DNA of 64,000 nt from Opitutia bacterium (GTDB lineage Bacteria > Verrucomicrobiota > Verrucomicrobiia > Opitutales > T3Sed10-336). This document shows positions 1 to 10,862 of this stretch, piece after piece. The stretch is from assembly GCA_050506795.1 (NCBI GenBank), contig JBJHCF010000004.1, forward strand, positions 32,001 to 96,000, in the 5' to 3' direction. The position numbers and the translations under genes were made by a program. Under the pieces are notes generated by a model. That model searched no databases, had not been told where the DNA came from, and saw only the letters and a program-made list of their open reading frames with translations. Position 1 is the stretch's first letter; every line of letters starts with the position of its first letter.

Positions 1-44
1 CCTGGAATAAGGTGATGAACCTGGATCGTTTCGATCTGAAGTGA
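1..44 (+). CDS. katG: catalase-peroxidase, C-terminal end (partial)
   Basis: Frame from nt 3 reads WNKVMNLDRFDLK*, the characteristic KatG C-terminus; TGA at 42-44. Confidence 0.85.
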   Translation, partial: WNKVMNLDRFDLK

Positions 45-82
45 TTTCCCTTATCACGTGCCGGGTTCGTCACTGAGACCCA

Positions 83-125
83 CACAAAAAAGGGGCGTCC
101 TGTCAGCAGGTCGCCCTTTTTTGTG
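83..125. terminator. bidirectional intrinsic terminator
   Basis: A-tract, GC stem gggcg-tcctg/cagg-tcgccc, then T-tract; lies between convergent genes. Confidence 0.75.
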
Positions 126-240
126 GTTTCGGTTCTTCGAGGCCAAAGCGTTTCCGTGGGTTACGCGGTGAGTGACGAAGGAAAAACCGGGATTGGCAGA
201 ACGCGAGCCTTGATTGCTGGAAATACGGATCCTTCGGAAG

Positions 241-1290
241 CTACTCAACGAAACACTTTCGGAGGAAGGGGTCGTTGCGGAGATGGTCTTCAGCCTCCGG
301 AAGACAGTCGCGAGAGGAGAGGACAGTGTAATAATCCTCTTTTATGCCTGGTGCGCGCCGAAGGGCTTCGATCCAGTCGGAACGACGGAAGGGGTTGGAC
401 TCCACGGCGCGCCAGAAACCGGTTTCTTGGAACAGCTGGGCGATGGTGTCCGAGGATTGTTTCTGCAGCAGGCTGACCAAATAGGTCGCGACACCGACCT
501 GCAGACCATGGAAGCGGGGTGGACCGCCCAGCGCGTCGAGGGCGTGCGAAATCAAGTGCTCGCTGCCACTGGCCGGGCGGGAGGATCCGCAAACCCCCAT
601 GGCGACCCCGTTGAGCATCAGCGAGGTGCCGAGGAGTTTCATGCCCTGAAGATTTTGATTCGGACGGGCGATAAACTGAAAGACGGTCGCGTCGGAGAGG
701 AGCGCAGCGAAGTCATCAATCGGTGTGCCCGTGGCGTGAAAAGCGAGTTTCCAGTCGAAGATGGCAGTGAGCTTGGCAACGAGATCGCCGATACCCGAAA
801 GCCAAAGGACCTCGGGTGCGGCGAGGCAAACTTTGGTGTCGATTACGATACCGAAGGGCATGGCGGAGGGCAGGGACTTGCGACGTCCTAAGAGAGTCAG
901 GCTGGATTGCGGACTGCAAATCCCGTCGTTCGATAGGGATGTTGGAACCGAGATGTAGGGGAGGCCAGTGAGAAAAGCGCAATATTTGGCAACATCCAGA
1001 GCTCGTCCGCCACCGAATCCCACGATGGCACTGGTTTTGGCAGGAATCCCCGGAAAGAGATCACGGGCTTGCTCAAAAGAAGCTTCCTGTACGGGCCAAC
1101 TGTGCAGGATGGATACGTTCTCGTTCTTGAACCCCTCGTACAGGCGGTTCAGAAGATCCGCCGGGAGACCGTCACTGTGAACAACAACGACGTGGGAAAA
1201 GCTATTTCGGCGGGCGTAGATCCCCACACGGTCGAGCGCCCCCGCTTTGATGCGGACCAGGGTAGGGATCTGGATTTGCGTGCGCGTCAT
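241..1290 (-). CDS. glycerol-1-phosphate/glycerol dehydrogenase-like protein (iron-containing ADH / DHQ-synthase fold)
   Basis: GFGGGRALDVAK, VPTSLSNDGICSP, GIGDLVAK, SGSEHLISHALD, HGLQVG; start placed at MTRTQIQ. Confidence 0.8.
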   Translation of the reverse strand: MTRTQIQIPTLVRIKAGALDRVGIYARRNSFSHVVVVHSDGLPADLLNRLYEGFKNENVSILHSWPVQEASFEQARDLFPGIPAKTSAIVGFGGGRALDVAKYCAFLTGLPYISVPTSLSNDGICSPQSSLTLLGRRKSLPSAMPFGIVIDTKVCLAAPEVLWLSGIGDLVAKLTAIFDWKLAFHATGTPIDDFAALLSDATVFQFIARPNQNLQGMKLLGTSLMLNGVAMGVCGSSRPASGSEHLISHALDALGGPPRFHGLQVGVATYLVSLLQKQSSDTIAQLFQETGFWRAVESNPFRRSDWIEALRRAPGIKEDYYTVLSSRDCLPEAEDHLRNDPFLRKCFVE

Positions 1291-1434
1291 TTCCCGGTTC
1301 GACAGCTCGCGGCGCCGATTGTCGCAGGAAAAGCGGCCCCGCACTAACTGTGTTTCACCCCGTTCTCGCTCTCGTGAGTGGACCGATGAGACGAGCGTTC
1401 GACCGGGGGTGATCTCCGTGCCATTCGGGCTACA

Positions 1435-1728
1435 CTAATTTACCCCGACGACACCACCGGACGGTGAAACCAGGATCTCGACGGGCCAATTCCAATCAGT
1501 CAAGTCATTCGCGTACTGGGGCATTGGGGCCACTTCGGCGTGCCATATTTGATCCTGCTCCCGCCATTGCAGTTGGATATCCAATTGCGCTTCCGAAGGA
1601 TAATTCCGTGATTCCAGAAACAGCACAACTTCGTTTTGGATTTGCTCTTCGGTCAATCGAGTTTCTCCACATCCCAGAAAGAACCCAAAGATTCCCGCCA
1701 ACACCAATGTGCGAAAAATAATTTTCAT
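1435..1728 (-). CDS. small hypothetical lipoprotein
   Basis: Signal peptide with lipobox-like FLG-C; 97 aa. Confidence 0.55.
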   Translation of the reverse strand: MKIIFRTLVLAGIFGFFLGCGETRLTEEQIQNEVVLFLESRNYPSEAQLDIQLQWREQDQIWHAEVAPMPQYANDLTDWNWPVEILVSPSGGVVGVN

Positions 1729-1875
1729 GATACTGCATTGCAGTCGAGAACGACACCGGTGTCAATTGCTTAAACCGGTTCCGGGTGCGAGGTGCGCGGG
1801 AGATAAGACTATCGGTGACCTTCGGCGGTTGGAAGACCGGAAAATGGTGTGAAGAAAATACCTCGGCGATCCCGG

Positions 1876-2763
1876 TTATTTCCGGAACAGGGCACCCTGT
1901 TGCCGGCGGAAGGCCTTGACGGTGTTTTTCATCAGCATTGCCACGGTCATGGGACCGACGCCCCCGGGAACGGGGGTGATTTTTGAGGCCTTTTCGGCGG
2001 CGGCGGGAAAGTCGACATCGCCGGCGAGGCGGTACCCCGATTTACGGGAGGAATCGGGGACGCGGTTGATTCCGACATCGATGACCACCGCGCCGGGCTT
2101 GATCATGTCGCCGGTCACGAATCCGGCGCGTCCGATGGCGGCAATGACGACGTCGGCCTGGCGGGTGATGGCGGGAAGATCGGCGGTACGGGAGTGACAG
2201 ACCGTAACCGTGGCATTGGCCCAGTCCTTCTTCTGCAGGGCAAGCAGGGCGACGGGTTTGCCCACTATAAGACTGCGGCCGATGACGACGACATGTTTTC
2301 CGGAGAGAGAAACGTTCGAACGTCGCAGCAGTTCGATGATGCCGGCGGGGGTGCAGGCCACGAAACCCTCGTCGTCCTCCTGGCAGAGCAACCCCAGGTT
2401 GATGGTGTGGAATCCGTCCACGTCCTTTTCCGGCCGTACCCGTCGGAACGCGGCCAGTTCGTCGATATGGGAAGGCAGGGGAGATTGAATGAGAATGCCG
2501 GATACGGCGGGGTCTTCGTTGAGGCTGTCGATCAGATCGAAAAGCTCATCCTGGGAGATGGTTTCCGGGAGCACGTTGAGTCGGCTCTCGATACCGAGCT
2601 CGCGGGCGACGCGGTCCTTCTTCCTCACATAAGAAACCGATGCGGGATCCTCTCCCACGCGGATGAAGGCCACACACGGCTTTCCCGAGTCGATACGGGC
2701 GACTTCCTCTTTCAGTTCCTCCAGAATTTCCGTGGAGATTCGGTTTCCATCGATCAGGTCCAT
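1876..2763 (-). CDS. folD: bifunctional methylenetetrahydrofolate dehydrogenase/cyclohydrolase
   Basis: [37 protein letters not shown]. Confidence 0.97.
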   Translation of the reverse strand: MDLIDGNRISTEILEELKEEVARIDSGKPCVAFIRVGEDPASVSYVRKKDRVARELGIESRLNVLPETISQDELFDLIDSLNEDPAVSGILIQSPLPSHIDELAAFRRVRPEKDVDGFHTINLGLLCQEDDEGFVACTPAGIIELLRRSNVSLSGKHVVVIGRSLIVGKPVALLALQKKDWANATVTVCHSRTADLPAITRQADVVIAAIGRAGFVTGDMIKPGAVVIDVGINRVPDSSRKSGYRLAGDVDFPAAAEKASKITPVPGGVGPMTVAMLMKNTVKAFRRQQGALFRK

Positions 2764-2960
2764 TGTGAATTGCGTGCTGATTGCCGGGTTTGAATCGGTT
2801 GCGGTCGAGGACCCGGTGCTGGAGGAAAAGTAAGGTTATCGTTCCGGGGGTGTCGAGTTTCGAGTGGTTTTTCCGCCTTTGGGATCCGGTTTACCCGGCG
2901 GGCGCGGTCATGGGAGTCGCGCTATTTTCCCTCGCCGGGAAGCGGGCGGAGGGGAAATGC

Positions 2961-3701
2961 TCAGGTCTTGAGCAATGCCTTGATATCCTCCGGACCGAGG
3001 ACCCGGGAACTCCCCGGACCCAGGCCCTTCAGCACGTAGGCGCCGATCTGGACCCGTTTCAGGCGTTTGACGTGGAAACCGACCGCCTCGAAGATGCGGC
3101 GAACCTCACGTTTGCGGCCCTGATGGAGATGCACCTCGAGTTGGTCGGAGGCGGCGGGGCTCTGGTCCCGGCCGAGCAGGATCACCTTGTCGGGACGAAG
3201 CAACTCTCCCTCATGGCGCACCCCCTGGAGGACACGGGCCAGTGTTTCGCGCGGAAAGGGTCGGTTGAGTTGGACACGATAGCGTTTGGTGATTTTACGC
3301 GAAGGGTGGAGAATGCGATGGGCGAGGTCTCCGTCGGAGGTCAGAATGAGCAGGCCTTCGCTGTTCTTGTCCAGACGTCCGGCGCAGAACAGGCGCAATC
3401 GGCCCATTTCGGCCGGAAGCAGGTCAAAAACGGTTTTTTCATGGTGGGGATCGCTGTTGCTGCACAGGTATCCCCGGGGTTTGTTCATTGCCAAGGTGAC
3501 CTGTGGCTGGCGCCGCGCCCGAAGGGGCCGGCCGGCAATGAGGATCCGGTCCCGGTCCGGGTCGGCTTTGCTGCCGATTTCAGCGGTTTCGCCGTTTACC
3601 GTTACCTCCCCGTGGCGAATGAGTTCCTCGGCCGCCCGGCGCGAGCAATAGCCGGCGTCGGCGATCAGTTTTTGGAGACGAACGGTGTTTTCGGCGGACA
3701 T
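2961..3701 (-). CDS. rRNA pseudouridine synthase, RsuA/RluB family
   Basis: S4 domain RLQKLIADAGYCSRRAAE, NKPRG, GRLD catalytic motif, GRKREVRR. Confidence 0.92.
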   Translation of the reverse strand: MSAENTVRLQKLIADAGYCSRRAAEELIRHGEVTVNGETAEIGSKADPDRDRILIAGRPLRARRQPQVTLAMNKPRGYLCSNSDPHHEKTVFDLLPAEMGRLRLFCAGRLDKNSEGLLILTSDGDLAHRILHPSRKITKRYRVQLNRPFPRETLARVLQGVRHEGELLRPDKVILLGRDQSPAASDQLEVHLHQGRKREVRRIFEAVGFHVKRLKRVQIGAYVLKGLGPGSSRVLGPEDIKALLKT

Positions 3702-3914
3702 TTGACGGGAAGCGGTTGAATTCCAATCTGTCACTCAAATCGGGGGCGCGCGGTTTCGCAAGGCATTAGCCGGGATAATTCAGATGAAGGTTTCCCGCTT
3801 TTTCGCTTTTTTCGCGGCCATCCTTTGATAGTTTGATGGTTTGGTGTTCCGTTGCTTAATAGATCCGCGGGTTGCGGAGGGGACGGAAGCCCATCGAGAT
3901 CAGGCACAACGGAT

Positions 3915-5081
3915 ATGGCGAACGAAACAAAAGAAGCTCCCACTTATACCAAGGACAATCCCTTTATTTCAGCGGTGATCGAGAACCGGATGTTGAATAA
4001 GCCGGGCTCCTGGAAAGACACCCGGCATGTGGTGGTCGATATCGCCGGAAGCGGACTCGAGTACTCGGTGGGCGATTCCCTCGGGATCTTCCCCTCCAAC
4101 GCGGAAAGCGCCGTGAACGAGGTCCTGTCGGTGGTCGGCGCGGATGGTGAAGAAATGGTGACGATTCCCAAACACGAGGAGCCGATGGCTTTGCGGGACG
4201 CTTTGTTCCACCACCTCAATATCGCGGTCCAGAGTAAAAAATTGCTGGAGGTTTTGGCGGCAAAAACCGGGGATGCCGGGGAAAAGGAAAAGCTCGAGGC
4301 CCTGCTGCAGCCGGGGGCGCGACAGGAAATGATGGATTTTCTCTCGCATCGGGAACTGGCGGACTTGCTGGAGGAGTTTCCCGGGGTGCGGTTTTCGGCC
4401 CAGGAACTGGTGGACCATCTAAAACGTTTGGTGCCCCGCCTTTATTCCATCGCCTCTTCGCCATTGTTGTTTCCGGACGAGGTGCACCTGACGGTGGCAG
4501 TAGTGCGCTACCGCACCAATAACCGTGATCGGGTCGGGGTATGTTCGACCTACCTGGCCGAGCGGGCGGCCTTGCGCGCCAGGGAGGTGCCGGTGTTTCT
4601 GGCAAAGTCGCATTTCCGGCCGCCGGAAGACGCGACCACGGATATCATCATGGTGGGACCGGGAACGGGAATCGCTCCCTTCCGGGCCTTCCTGCAAGAA
4701 AGGATCGCAACCGGGGCTCCGGGGCGCAACTGGCTCTTCTTCGGTGACCAGCGGAAGGACTATGATTTTCTTTACGGCGAAGAATTCGAACAGCAGGTTG
4801 CCGACGGAAAGCTGCACCGTCTCAGTCTGGCGTTCTCGCGGGATCAGGAGCAGAAGGTTTACGTTCAGGACCGTATGATGGAGGAGGGGAGAGCCCTGTG
4901 GGAATGGATCGAGCGCGGGGCTTATTTTTATGTCTGCGGAGACGCCCAAAGGATGGCCAAGGACGTGGACCTGGCTCTGCATAGGATTGCCCGGGAGTGC
5001 GGGGGATTGAGCGAAGAGGACGCGGATAGCTACATTAAGCTGATGCGCAAGGAAAAGCGCTACCAGCGGGATGTGTATTGA
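3915..5081 (+). CDS. sulfite-reductase flavoprotein-like FAD/NADPH oxidoreductase (CysJ C-terminal module, no flavodoxin domain)
   Basis: RLYSIASS, GVCSTYL, MVGPGTGIAPFR, LAFSRD, KVYVQD, YVCGDA, RYQRDVY. Confidence 0.88.
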   Translation: MANETKEAPTYTKDNPFISAVIENRMLNKPGSWKDTRHVVVDIAGSGLEYSVGDSLGIFPSNAESAVNEVLSVVGADGEEMVTIPKHEEPMALRDALFHHLNIAVQSKKLLEVLAAKTGDAGEKEKLEALLQPGARQEMMDFLSHRELADLLEEFPGVRFSAQELVDHLKRLVPRLYSIASSPLLFPDEVHLTVAVVRYRTNNRDRVGVCSTYLAERAALRAREVPVFLAKSHFRPPEDATTDIIMVGPGTGIAPFRAFLQERIATGAPGRNWLFFGDQRKDYDFLYGEEFEQQVADGKLHRLSLAFSRDQEQKVYVQDRMMEEGRALWEWIERGAYFYVCGDAQRMAKDVDLALHRIARECGGLSEEDADSYIKLMRKEKRYQRDVY

Positions 5082-5099
5082 TCCTCTTCCCGGCCTTTC

Positions 5100-7007
5100 T
5101 TAGACCGCGATCGCGTTGGAACTGTTGTTTTGCTCCCGCTTCCGTTCCGCGATAAGTCGTTCGTCCAGGCGGCGGCGAATCAAGCGAGCCAATGCATTCG
5201 GTTCGAAAGGTTTCTGCAGGAAATTGAATCCTTGTTCCAGCGCGAGGTTCTTTCCGACAATATCCGAGCTGTAGCCGCTCATGTAGATTACCGTCAGGCC
5301 GGGCTCATCGGCGTGCAGTTGGATCGCCAGTTCGCGGCCGCTGACGCCGTCGGGCATCACCAAATCCGTCAGTAGAAGGTCGATCTTGTTCTTGTGCTGT
5401 TGCCAGGTGCGCAGGGCCTCGACCCCGGATTCGTTGTCCAGGACCGTGTACCCGAGATCCTCGAGAATGTTTTTGATCAGTTCCCGGAGAACGGTTTCAT
5501 CCTCGGCCAGCAGGATCGTTTCGGTGCCGTTCAGCCTGGTTTCCGAAAGCGGTTCCGCTTCCTTTCGGACTACTTTCCTTTCCACCGCCGGAAGGTAGAT
5601 TTCAAATTGGGTGCCGGACATGGGTTCGCTGTGAACCTCAATCCAGCCTTTGTGCTGTTTGACGATGCCGTAAACCGTGGCCAATCCCAATCCGGATCCC
5701 TTGCCGACCCCTTTGGTGGTAAAGAACGGTTCGAAGATTTTGGGCAGGACATTCGTGGGTATCCCGCATCCGTCGTCCTTGACCGTCAGCCGCACGAAAC
5801 GTCCGGAGCATGCTTCCGAGTGACGTTTCTCCTTGCGCGCATCGATCGCCTCGAAACCGGTTTCTATGATCAAATTCCCGCCCTCCGGCATTGCGTCGCG
5901 GGCGTTTACCGCGAGGTTGAAAATTATCTGCTCCATCATGCCCCGGTCCGCCTCGACGAGTGGGGTCTGCGAAGTGCATTTGAGCTCCACGCTGATGGGC
6001 TCGCCCAGAATACGGGATAACATGCGGGTGAGGTTTTGGAGCGTATCGTTCAGGTCGATCGGTTCCATGTGCATGACCTGACGGTTGCTGAACACCAGGA
6101 GCTGTCTCGAAAGATTGCTGGCGTGGTCGGCAGCGATGGATATCTGTTCCGCCGACTTGCGAATGGTTTCCGGAGGCCGGGTCCCGCAGGCCAACAGGCT
6201 GGCGTGGCCCTGGATCACCGTGAGGATGTTATTGTAATCATGGGCGATTCCGGCGGCGAGTTGCCCGATGGAATCAAGTTTTTGGGACTGGCGGACCTGG
6301 GCTTCGAGGCTTTTGGTTTCCGTGATGTCGCGGCCGACCGCCTGGTGTTCGAACAGGCGTCCGTAACTGTCGAAAATGGCCCTGTTGGTCCAGTGGTGCC
6401 AACGTTTCCGGCCATCGGCCAGGTTCAGGCAATATTCAAACGTGGCAATGGGCGCGCTGGGTGAGAGCTTCTTAATGCGGTTTACCACTTCGGGGTCGTG
6501 TCCGGGATCGTAAACGAAAAAAGACTCGCCCAACAACTCCTCCCGGCTGTGCCCCGTAGCCTGGCAGTAGGCGGCGTTGACAAAGGTGAGTTTGCCATCC
6601 GGCAGGAAGCGGCACACCAGGTCGGTCTGATCTTCCACGATCGCCCGGTATCGGGCATCGACCTTCTGCAGGGATTGCGCCATCTGTTCGATGCGCCGGG
6701 CAATACCGAAAATTTCGTTTTGTTCGTCCGTCGAATTGTCATCAGGACCAAAAATCGGTTCTTCGGTGTCGTGGGCGGTGGTGCCTGGAATCTGGTTTTT
6801 CAACCTCCCCAGATCGGCGCGGGTTTCCCGGTCCCAGACATAACCACTGAGAAGAAGCAGGACACAGGCGATAAGGGAAAGGCCGATAATATAGATTTGG
6901 GTGCCGAGATTCTCCACCAGATTCCGATCGAGAAGCAACATGCCCAAGCTGCCCAGAATCGCGAAAATCAGGGCGAAGATTAAAAGTGACTTAATCTGAA
7001 GGTTCAT
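5100..7007 (-). CDS. membrane hybrid sensor histidine kinase (PAS-HisKA-HATPase-REC)
   Basis: Two N-terminal TMs, [13 protein letters not shown]-box, NARDAM, PFFTTK, GSGLGL, receiver LLLTDLVMP. Confidence 0.93.
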   Translation of the reverse strand: MNLQIKSLLIFALIFAILGSLGMLLLDRNLVENLGTQIYIIGLSLIACVLLLLSGYVWDRETRADLGRLKNQIPGTTAHDTEEPIFGPDDNSTDEQNEIFGIARRIEQMAQSLQKVDARYRAIVEDQTDLVCRFLPDGKLTFVNAAYCQATGHSREELLGESFFVYDPGHDPEVVNRIKKLSPSAPIATFEYCLNLADGRKRWHHWTNRAIFDSYGRLFEHQAVGRDITETKSLEAQVRQSQKLDSIGQLAAGIAHDYNNILTVIQGHASLLACGTRPPETIRKSAEQISIAADHASNLSRQLLVFSNRQVMHMEPIDLNDTLQNLTRMLSRILGEPISVELKCTSQTPLVEADRGMMEQIIFNLAVNARDAMPEGGNLIIETGFEAIDARKEKRHSEACSGRFVRLTVKDDGCGIPTNVLPKIFEPFFTTKGVGKGSGLGLATVYGIVKQHKGWIEVHSEPMSGTQFEIYLPAVERKVVRKEAEPLSETRLNGTETILLAEDETVLRELIKNILEDLGYTVLDNESGVEALRTWQQHKNKIDLLLTDLVMPDGVSGRELAIQLHADEPGLTVIYMSGYSSDIVGKNLALEQGFNFLQKPFEPNALARLIRRRLDERLIAERKREQNNSSNAIAV

Positions 7008-7283
7008 GTCTGCGCGTTTGCCTGGAAAAACCACTCACCGGATTCGTCGGTGTTTCGGTGTGGTATTAGCGTTCATTCTTACTTCCCCAACGCCGAGTGC
7101 GTGAGCTGAGAATCTATTCTTTACCAAACACGGAGTAAAGAGCTCGCTGATGTCGAGACCGTTGTCAGAGCCAGTTTTACGTGATCTTTACGCGATCAGG
7201 GGAATCCTTATTCCTCCAGGTCACGAACAGTGTTCGCGATCAGCGGAGTGTTCATGCGGATTCCGGCGTCCGCGGGGGCGGTT

Positions 7284-7853
7284 TCAGCGGCGGCCGGACG
7301 CTGTCACGGCGCCGGAGTAACATATCGATTGGCTGACTTCCTCCGCCGTATTTTCGGTGGTCAACTCTTTCAGCAGGTGCAGGGCGAAGTCAACAGCGGT
7401 TCCCGCGCCGCGGGAAGTAACGATGTTTCCGTCCTGCACCACTTTTCGATTTTCGATCAAATCCGGCAGTTCGCCGGCCATGGAAAAATGGGCGGTGTAT
7501 TCCCGCCCATTAAGAAGCCCGGCGTCTTTCAGCAGAGCCGGGGCGGCGCAAATGGCTCCCAGCAGACGGCCCGAGGCGGCATGCTTTTTGACGTAGTCGA
7601 TTACGGTCCGGTCCTTGCGAAGGTGGCGAATACCCGGGCCGCCGGGGATTACCAGAAGGTCGTAGGATTCTTTGCCGGCATGACGGAAAAGCTCGTCGGC
7701 TACGACCTGCACACAAGTCTTGCCGGTGACGAACTTGTTGTCGTGGTGGGCGGCCAGCGTGCAGGTAATACCTCCCCTGCGAAGAATATCGACGACCACC
7801 AGCGCTTCGATTTCCTCAAAACCCTCGGGGAGTATGACCAATGCGGTTTTCAT
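7284..7853 (-). CDS. DJ-1/ThiJ (YajL-like) family protein
   Basis: GFEEIEA, IPGG, AICAAP, TSRGAGTA. Confidence 0.9.
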   Translation of the reverse strand: MKTALVILPEGFEEIEALVVVDILRRGGITCTLAAHHDNKFVTGKTCVQVVADELFRHAGKESYDLLVIPGGPGIRHLRKDRTVIDYVKKHAASGRLLGAICAAPALLKDAGLLNGREYTAHFSMAGELPDLIENRKVVQDGNIVTSRGAGTAVDFALHLLKELTTENTAEEVSQSICYSGAVTASGRR

Positions 7854-7905
7854 CTCTTGCCTTTTATGGTAACGCGGCAATGGAATTATTCCAAGTGTAA
7901 ATTTT

Positions 7906-8826
7906 ATGTTAAGCATTTGTCAAAACAAGGTGCCGGACAGGATGGTGGTCTTCGGATGCGGATACGTCGGGTCGAGCCTGGTGAGGCAGGCGGTGCGGCG
8001 AGGTTATCGGGTGACTGTTTTGTCCCGCGGTGCGGCGCGGTTGCAGGAACTGCCGTCCAGCGCAGCGGTTGAAAAGGTTGTCGGCGATCTGGCCACCGAT
8101 GAATGGCATTCGCGAATCGATCCTAGTCCCGAAGTGGTGATCAACTGTGTCGGATCCGGCGGTGGCGGAATTGAGGGGTATCGGCGCTCCTATGTCGAAG
8201 GCATGGAGTCGATTGGCCGTTGGCTGTCGGCCGGCGGGGCCGGAGTGGCGATATACACCGGAAGTGTTGGAGTATACTCACGGAACGACGGCAGCGTGGT
8301 CGACGAGGCGGCCGAAGTGGGAGGCCACTCGGTCTATGCCGACCTGTTGCTGGACGCTGAGAGGTTTTTTCTGGCTCCCGCCTTTTCGGCCGGCCGACGG
8401 TTTGTGCTGCGATTGGCGGGAATTTACGGACCGGGGCGGCACGCGTTCCTGGATCGGGTTCGGCGGTCCGGCGGCGTAATGCCGGGGCGGGGGGAGGGTT
8501 ACATGAACGCCATCCACCTTGAGGATGTTTGCGGTGCGGTGTGGGCGGCGATTGATCGCGCCGGGACCGAAACCGGCGGTGTGTATAACGTGGTGGATGA
8601 CCTTCCGGCCTTGCGCCGGGAAGTGGCCGCCTGGCTGGCCTCCCGTCTTGGCGTTCCCTGTCCGCGGTTCGATGACACAAAAACGGCTCCCGGAAGGTCG
8701 GGACGTGTTCGCAACCGGCGGATCTCCAACGACAAGATGAAATCCCGTCTTGGCTGGCAGCCGTTTTATCCCGATTTCCGGCGAGGCTACGAGGAAATCC
8801 TCAAAGCCTTGTCAGGCGATAAATGA
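7906..8826 (+). CDS. NAD-dependent epimerase/dehydratase (extended SDR)
   Basis: FGCGYVG Rossmann motif, LRLAGIYGPGR, IHLED, RRISNDK. Confidence 0.85.
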   Translation: MLSICQNKVPDRMVVFGCGYVGSSLVRQAVRRGYRVTVLSRGAARLQELPSSAAVEKVVGDLATDEWHSRIDPSPEVVINCVGSGGGGIEGYRRSYVEGMESIGRWLSAGGAGVAIYTGSVGVYSRNDGSVVDEAAEVGGHSVYADLLLDAERFFLAPAFSAGRRFVLRLAGIYGPGRHAFLDRVRRSGGVMPGRGEGYMNAIHLEDVCGAVWAAIDRAGTETGGVYNVVDDLPALRREVAAWLASRLGVPCPRFDDTKTAPGRSGRVRNRRISNDKMKSRLGWQPFYPDFRRGYEEILKALSGDK

Positions 8827-8856
8827 ATGGCACTCCCGGTTCAGACGGAGCCCTGA

Positions 8857-10287
8857 TCAGGTCAGTTCGCGTTCGATGCCGGTGGCCTGGACCATCAGGT
8901 CGAAAAGATCCGTGTTACGGGTAAAGGGTTTGATGCCTTCGCTTCCCGGACCCAGGGCCAGCAGTTCCACATAGTCGGAGGTGTGGGAGTCGCCCACCCA
9001 GCCGATGTCGGTGTGATTGGCGATCACCTGACCGATGACCCCGCTCGTCCCGTTCATTCGGGAGTAGGGCACCCGATATTCGTTGTTCAGGCGCCGGCGC
9101 AGCAGGTCGGCATCGCCGGAGGAGATATCCAGTCCGGTGACCTCCTTGAAGCGTTCGATGATCACGCTCGAGCTCTGTTCGGCGTTCAGCCGCAGGGCTC
9201 CGTGGGTGCCCTTGAATTGGCTTAAGCGGCCGAAATTCCGTTCGCCTTTGTTGTTGCCCGAATTCAGTCCCGGATTGGCGTTTCCATGGTCGGTCGTGAT
9301 GATGATCAAGGTTTCGGGGTTGGCTTCCTGGAATTCCAGCGCCACTCCGATCGCTTCGTCAAAGGCGATCTGGTCGAAAATCAACCCGCCGATGTCGTTG
9401 GCATGTGCGGCATGGTCCACCCGGCCGCCTTCCACCTGCATGATGAAGCCGTTCTCATTACGGGAGAGAGCTCGAAGCGCGCGACTGGTCAGTTCGGCCA
9501 GGCTGGGCACATCCCGACTCAGCGAATCACTGTTTAGCCGATCGAGTTCGTACGGGAGGTGGCCGTTGGCGAAGAGACCGAGGATCTTGCGTTGGCGAAG
9601 CGGGGTGGCTTCGAGCTCCTCGCGGGTCCTTGCCACCGCGTACTCCTTTTCCGCGAATTTCCCCACCAGATCCTGGCCGTCGTTGCGGCGGTTGGGATAG
9701 AAGTGATTGCGGCCGCCCCCCAAAATGATATCGAACTCCCGTTCCAGGTACTGTTCGGCGATTTCCGCTTCCTGGCCGCGATTCGGAACATTGGCGGAAA
9801 AGCCGGCCGGGGTGGCGTGGGTGACCGTGGTGGTGGTGACCAGTCCCGTCGCTTTACCCGAGGCGCGGGCCAGGGGAAGGATGGGGGGGTGGTGGGTGCC
9901 GTCAGGGCCAATGTTCACCGAGTTGTTGTTGACGCGATGACCGCAGCCCCAGGCCACGGCGGAAGCGGCCGAATCCGTTACGATGGAGTCGAGAGAGGCC
10001 ACATCCATTAAACCGCGCCGTCCGCGTTGATCCACGTAGAGCTGCATCCAGTTCGATCGTTTCCCCTCCCTCCATAGGAGGTACTGGTCGGCCATGCTCA
10101 AAGTGCCGATACTCATCCCGTCGCTGACCATGAAAATCACGTTTTTCGCGGAGCCCTCCGCCACCCTTTCATCGGCACGGGCCGAGTGCGAGTATGCGCC
10201 CGATCCCAGCAGCAATGAAGTCAATGCGCCGGTTTTTAGGAAATTACGTCGGGTTACCGGTGGAAGGGACGAGAGGTTCTTCTTCAT
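8857..10287 (-). CDS. alkaline phosphatase with twin-arginine signal peptide
   Basis: TRRNFLK Tat motif; NVIFMVSDGM, VTDSAAS, THATPAGF, VEGGRVDHAAH, TTDHG; start MKKNLSS. Confidence 0.9.
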   Translation of the reverse strand: MKKNLSSLPPVTRRNFLKTGALTSLLLGSGAYSHSARADERVAEGSAKNVIFMVSDGMSIGTLSMADQYLLWREGKRSNWMQLYVDQRGRRGLMDVASLDSIVTDSAASAVAWGCGHRVNNNSVNIGPDGTHHPPILPLARASGKATGLVTTTTVTHATPAGFSANVPNRGQEAEIAEQYLEREFDIILGGGRNHFYPNRRNDGQDLVGKFAEKEYAVARTREELEATPLRQRKILGLFANGHLPYELDRLNSDSLSRDVPSLAELTSRALRALSRNENGFIMQVEGGRVDHAAHANDIGGLIFDQIAFDEAIGVALEFQEANPETLIIITTDHGNANPGLNSGNNKGERNFGRLSQFKGTHGALRLNAEQSSSVIIERFKEVTGLDISSGDADLLRRRLNNEYRVPYSRMNGTSGVIGQVIANHTDIGWVGDSHTSDYVELLALGPGSEGIKPFTRNTDLFDLMVQATGIERELT

Positions 10288-10486
10288 GTATATATATTGA
10301 TTGCCGGAACTGGACCGGGTCAAGGGGGAAAGGCCTTTGGCCATTCGGCCAGGTCGCTGCCGGGATGATTTCGCCGCGCTTTCACTTGACCTCGGGCGCC
10401 GGTTGGAAACTGTGGATGGTGTCGGGTGGGCGCCCGGCGGTTGCCGTTTCCGGCGATCCTCCAAACTATCGAATGAGGATTTCATT

Positions 10487-10795
10487 ATGGCAGGTGTGGG
10501 AAAATTGATGAAGCAGGCGCAGAAAATGCAGCGCCAGATTGAAACATTACAAAACGAATTGGCGGACAAGGAATTCGACGTTTCCAGTGGTGGAGGGGCG
10601 GTCACCATTCGTATCAACGGCGCCGGCAAGTTTCTGGCGATCAAACTCGACGAGGAGTTCCTCAAGGAAGACAAGGAAATGGTTGAACAGGCTCTGCTGC
10701 TGGCAGTTCAGGAGGCGGCCGACAAAGCCAAGGAGTACAACGAATCGGAAATGCAGAAGGTCACCGCCGGCTTTAATATTCCCGGCCTGATGTGA
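10487..10795 (+). CDS. ybaB: YbaB/EbfC nucleoid-associated protein
   Basis: LMKQAQKMQ, SSGGGAV, IPGLM end; directly upstream of recR. Confidence 0.92.
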   Translation: MAGVGKLMKQAQKMQRQIETLQNELADKEFDVSSGGGAVTIRINGAGKFLAIKLDEEFLKEDKEMVEQALLLAVQEAADKAKEYNESEMQKVTAGFNIPGLM

Positions 10796-10862
10796 TCGGT
10801 CGGTCGCGGTTCCGGTTTGCGCTTGTCGTGACCGCTGGTTCGCGGCTGCTTGAGGGATTTCC

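Noticed and set aside
3855..3912. SAM-I-like riboswitch upstream of the cysJ-like gene
   Set aside because: Only a vague ggagggg...gccc resemblance; P1 and the conserved core cannot be built
7040..7280. Possible ncRNA upstream of the kinase
   Set aside because: Only short hairpins and no recognisable family
10288..10674. N-terminal extension of the alkaline phosphatase ORF
   Set aside because: Overlaps ybaB; the Tat leader defines the start at 10287
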